In this document: positions 62,756 through 64,000 of the stretch, in pieces
Numbering within the stretch: the stretch's first letter is position 1
How the letters are laid out: every line of letters begins with the position of its first letter
From: Octopus vulgaris
Lineage: Eukaryota
Length of the DNA: 64,000 nucleotides
Assembly (NCBI GenBank): GCA_951406725.2
Contig: OX597824.1
Coordinates: 26,102,001-26,166,000 of the forward strand
Direction: 5' to 3'
Program-made: the position numbers and the translations under genes
The notes under the pieces: generated by a model
Databases searched by the model: none
What the model was told of the DNA's origin: nothing
The model's input: only the letters and a program-made list of their open reading frames with translations

Positions 62756-63606
62756 ACTCTTTACTCTTTTATTCTTTTACTTGTTTCAGTCATTTGACTG
62801 CAGCCATGCTGGAGCACTGCCTTTAGTCGAGCAAATCGACCCCGGGACTTATTCTTTGTAAGCCCAGTACTTATTCTATTGGTCTCTTTTGCCGAACCGC
62901 TAAGTGACGCGGACATAAACACACCAGCATCGGTTGTCAAGCAATGCTAGGTGGACAAACACAGACACACTAACATATACACACACACTTATATATATAT
63001 ACATATATACGATAGGCTTCTTTCAGTTTCCGTCTACCAAATCCACTCACAAGAAGGCATTGGTCGGCCCGGGGCTATAGCAGAAGACACTTACCCAAGA
63101 TGCCACGCAGTGGGACTGAACCCGGAACCATGTGGTTGGTTAGCAAGCTACTTACCACACAGCCACTCCTTGTAGATTGTTCATTGTAATTGAAAGGCTC
63201 CGATTTCCTGTGTTCAGAGTTACTAGCTTCCGATCATCAGCTTGTAAACCAAGCCTGCTTTTCTTTTGGAATATTTGTTTGGAATATTTCAAAGGAACAA
63301 GGTGTCAAGCTAGCAGAATTATCAGCATGCCCGGCACAATGCTTAGTGGCATTTTGTCTTTACGTTCTGAGTTCAAATTCCACTGAGGTCGACTTTATCT
63401 TACATCCTTTTGGGGTCAGTAAACTAAGTACCATTTGAGCACTGGGGTTGATGTGATCAACTGTACTCCTCCCTCGGGATTCCTGGCTTTGTGCCAAAAT
63501 TTGAAGTCAGCATTTCAAAAGTAAAGCAGGTTCAGTTGTCCAGCTGGTGATCAGAAGTATGTAACCCTCAGTACTGGATATTGGAGCTTTTCAGTTATAA
63601 AATAGG

Positions 63607-64000
63607 ATCTTTTCCTTTTGAACGGCCGACAATTTCTAGTTAACTAAACACTTTCAAACTTCGTATACTGGTAGAATGTGTCAAAATAAAATATTTTTTT
63701 CTCTTGGCTTTCTTGAGAAAATTGTAATTTGTTTGTTTAACGTAGTTTAATTTTTCGAATTTTAATCAATCCTATGCTCTCTTTTGAGCTAAAATCATTT
63801 GCTGCGTCTAAAACTGAGACAACATCCTGTCACTAACCCTCAACCTAACCCTAACCCTAATTTTTTTTCTTAATTGTTATGCGTGTAAAAAAAAACAAAA
63901 GCAATGGAAAATAATTTAAACAATTAACAAACAAAATAATTCTATAATTTTATACACATGCTTTCCATACGTATATGTAACAATTAAATTAATTTAACAA
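63607..64000. mobile_element. Probable non-autonomous DNA transposon containing a short (CCCTAA)n tract at 63833-63860; runs off the window
   Basis: AT-rich element-like sequence with internal TAACCC repeats. The second terminus is not visible. Confidence 0.35.

Overview
AT-rich, microsatellite-dense animal genomic DNA. The tRNA-derived SINE families, the abundant simple repeats and the TTAGGG arrays suggest an octopod cephalopod (inference). One host gene can be assembled by hand: a 5-exon NDUFAF3 (complex I assembly factor, Mth938-like domain) on the + strand at 46426-60324, giving 256 aa with a mitochondrial presequence and a 96-aa charged C-terminal tail. Almost everything else is mobile-element debris: at least four SINE families, R4/Dong-, Tx1-, RTE-, CR1/L2-type LINE fragments, Penelope ends with hammerhead cores, mariner/pogo elements and Helitron/Helentron elements. 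Most ORFs in the supplied track are microsatellite or SINE translations. The most unusual items are: (1) a lone 5.8S rRNA-like sequence whose terminal GC hairpin is split by a structured 160-nt insert, at the position of the dipteran 5.8S/2S split; (2) a ~480-bp non-coding insert with an internal region complementary to its joined ends plus a 53-bp hairpin, resembling tyrosine-recombinase elements; (3) a 4.6-kb GGAT/GGAC - degenerate TTAGGG - 22-mer satellite block ending in a Helitron-type 3' end. Repeat boundaries are approximate.
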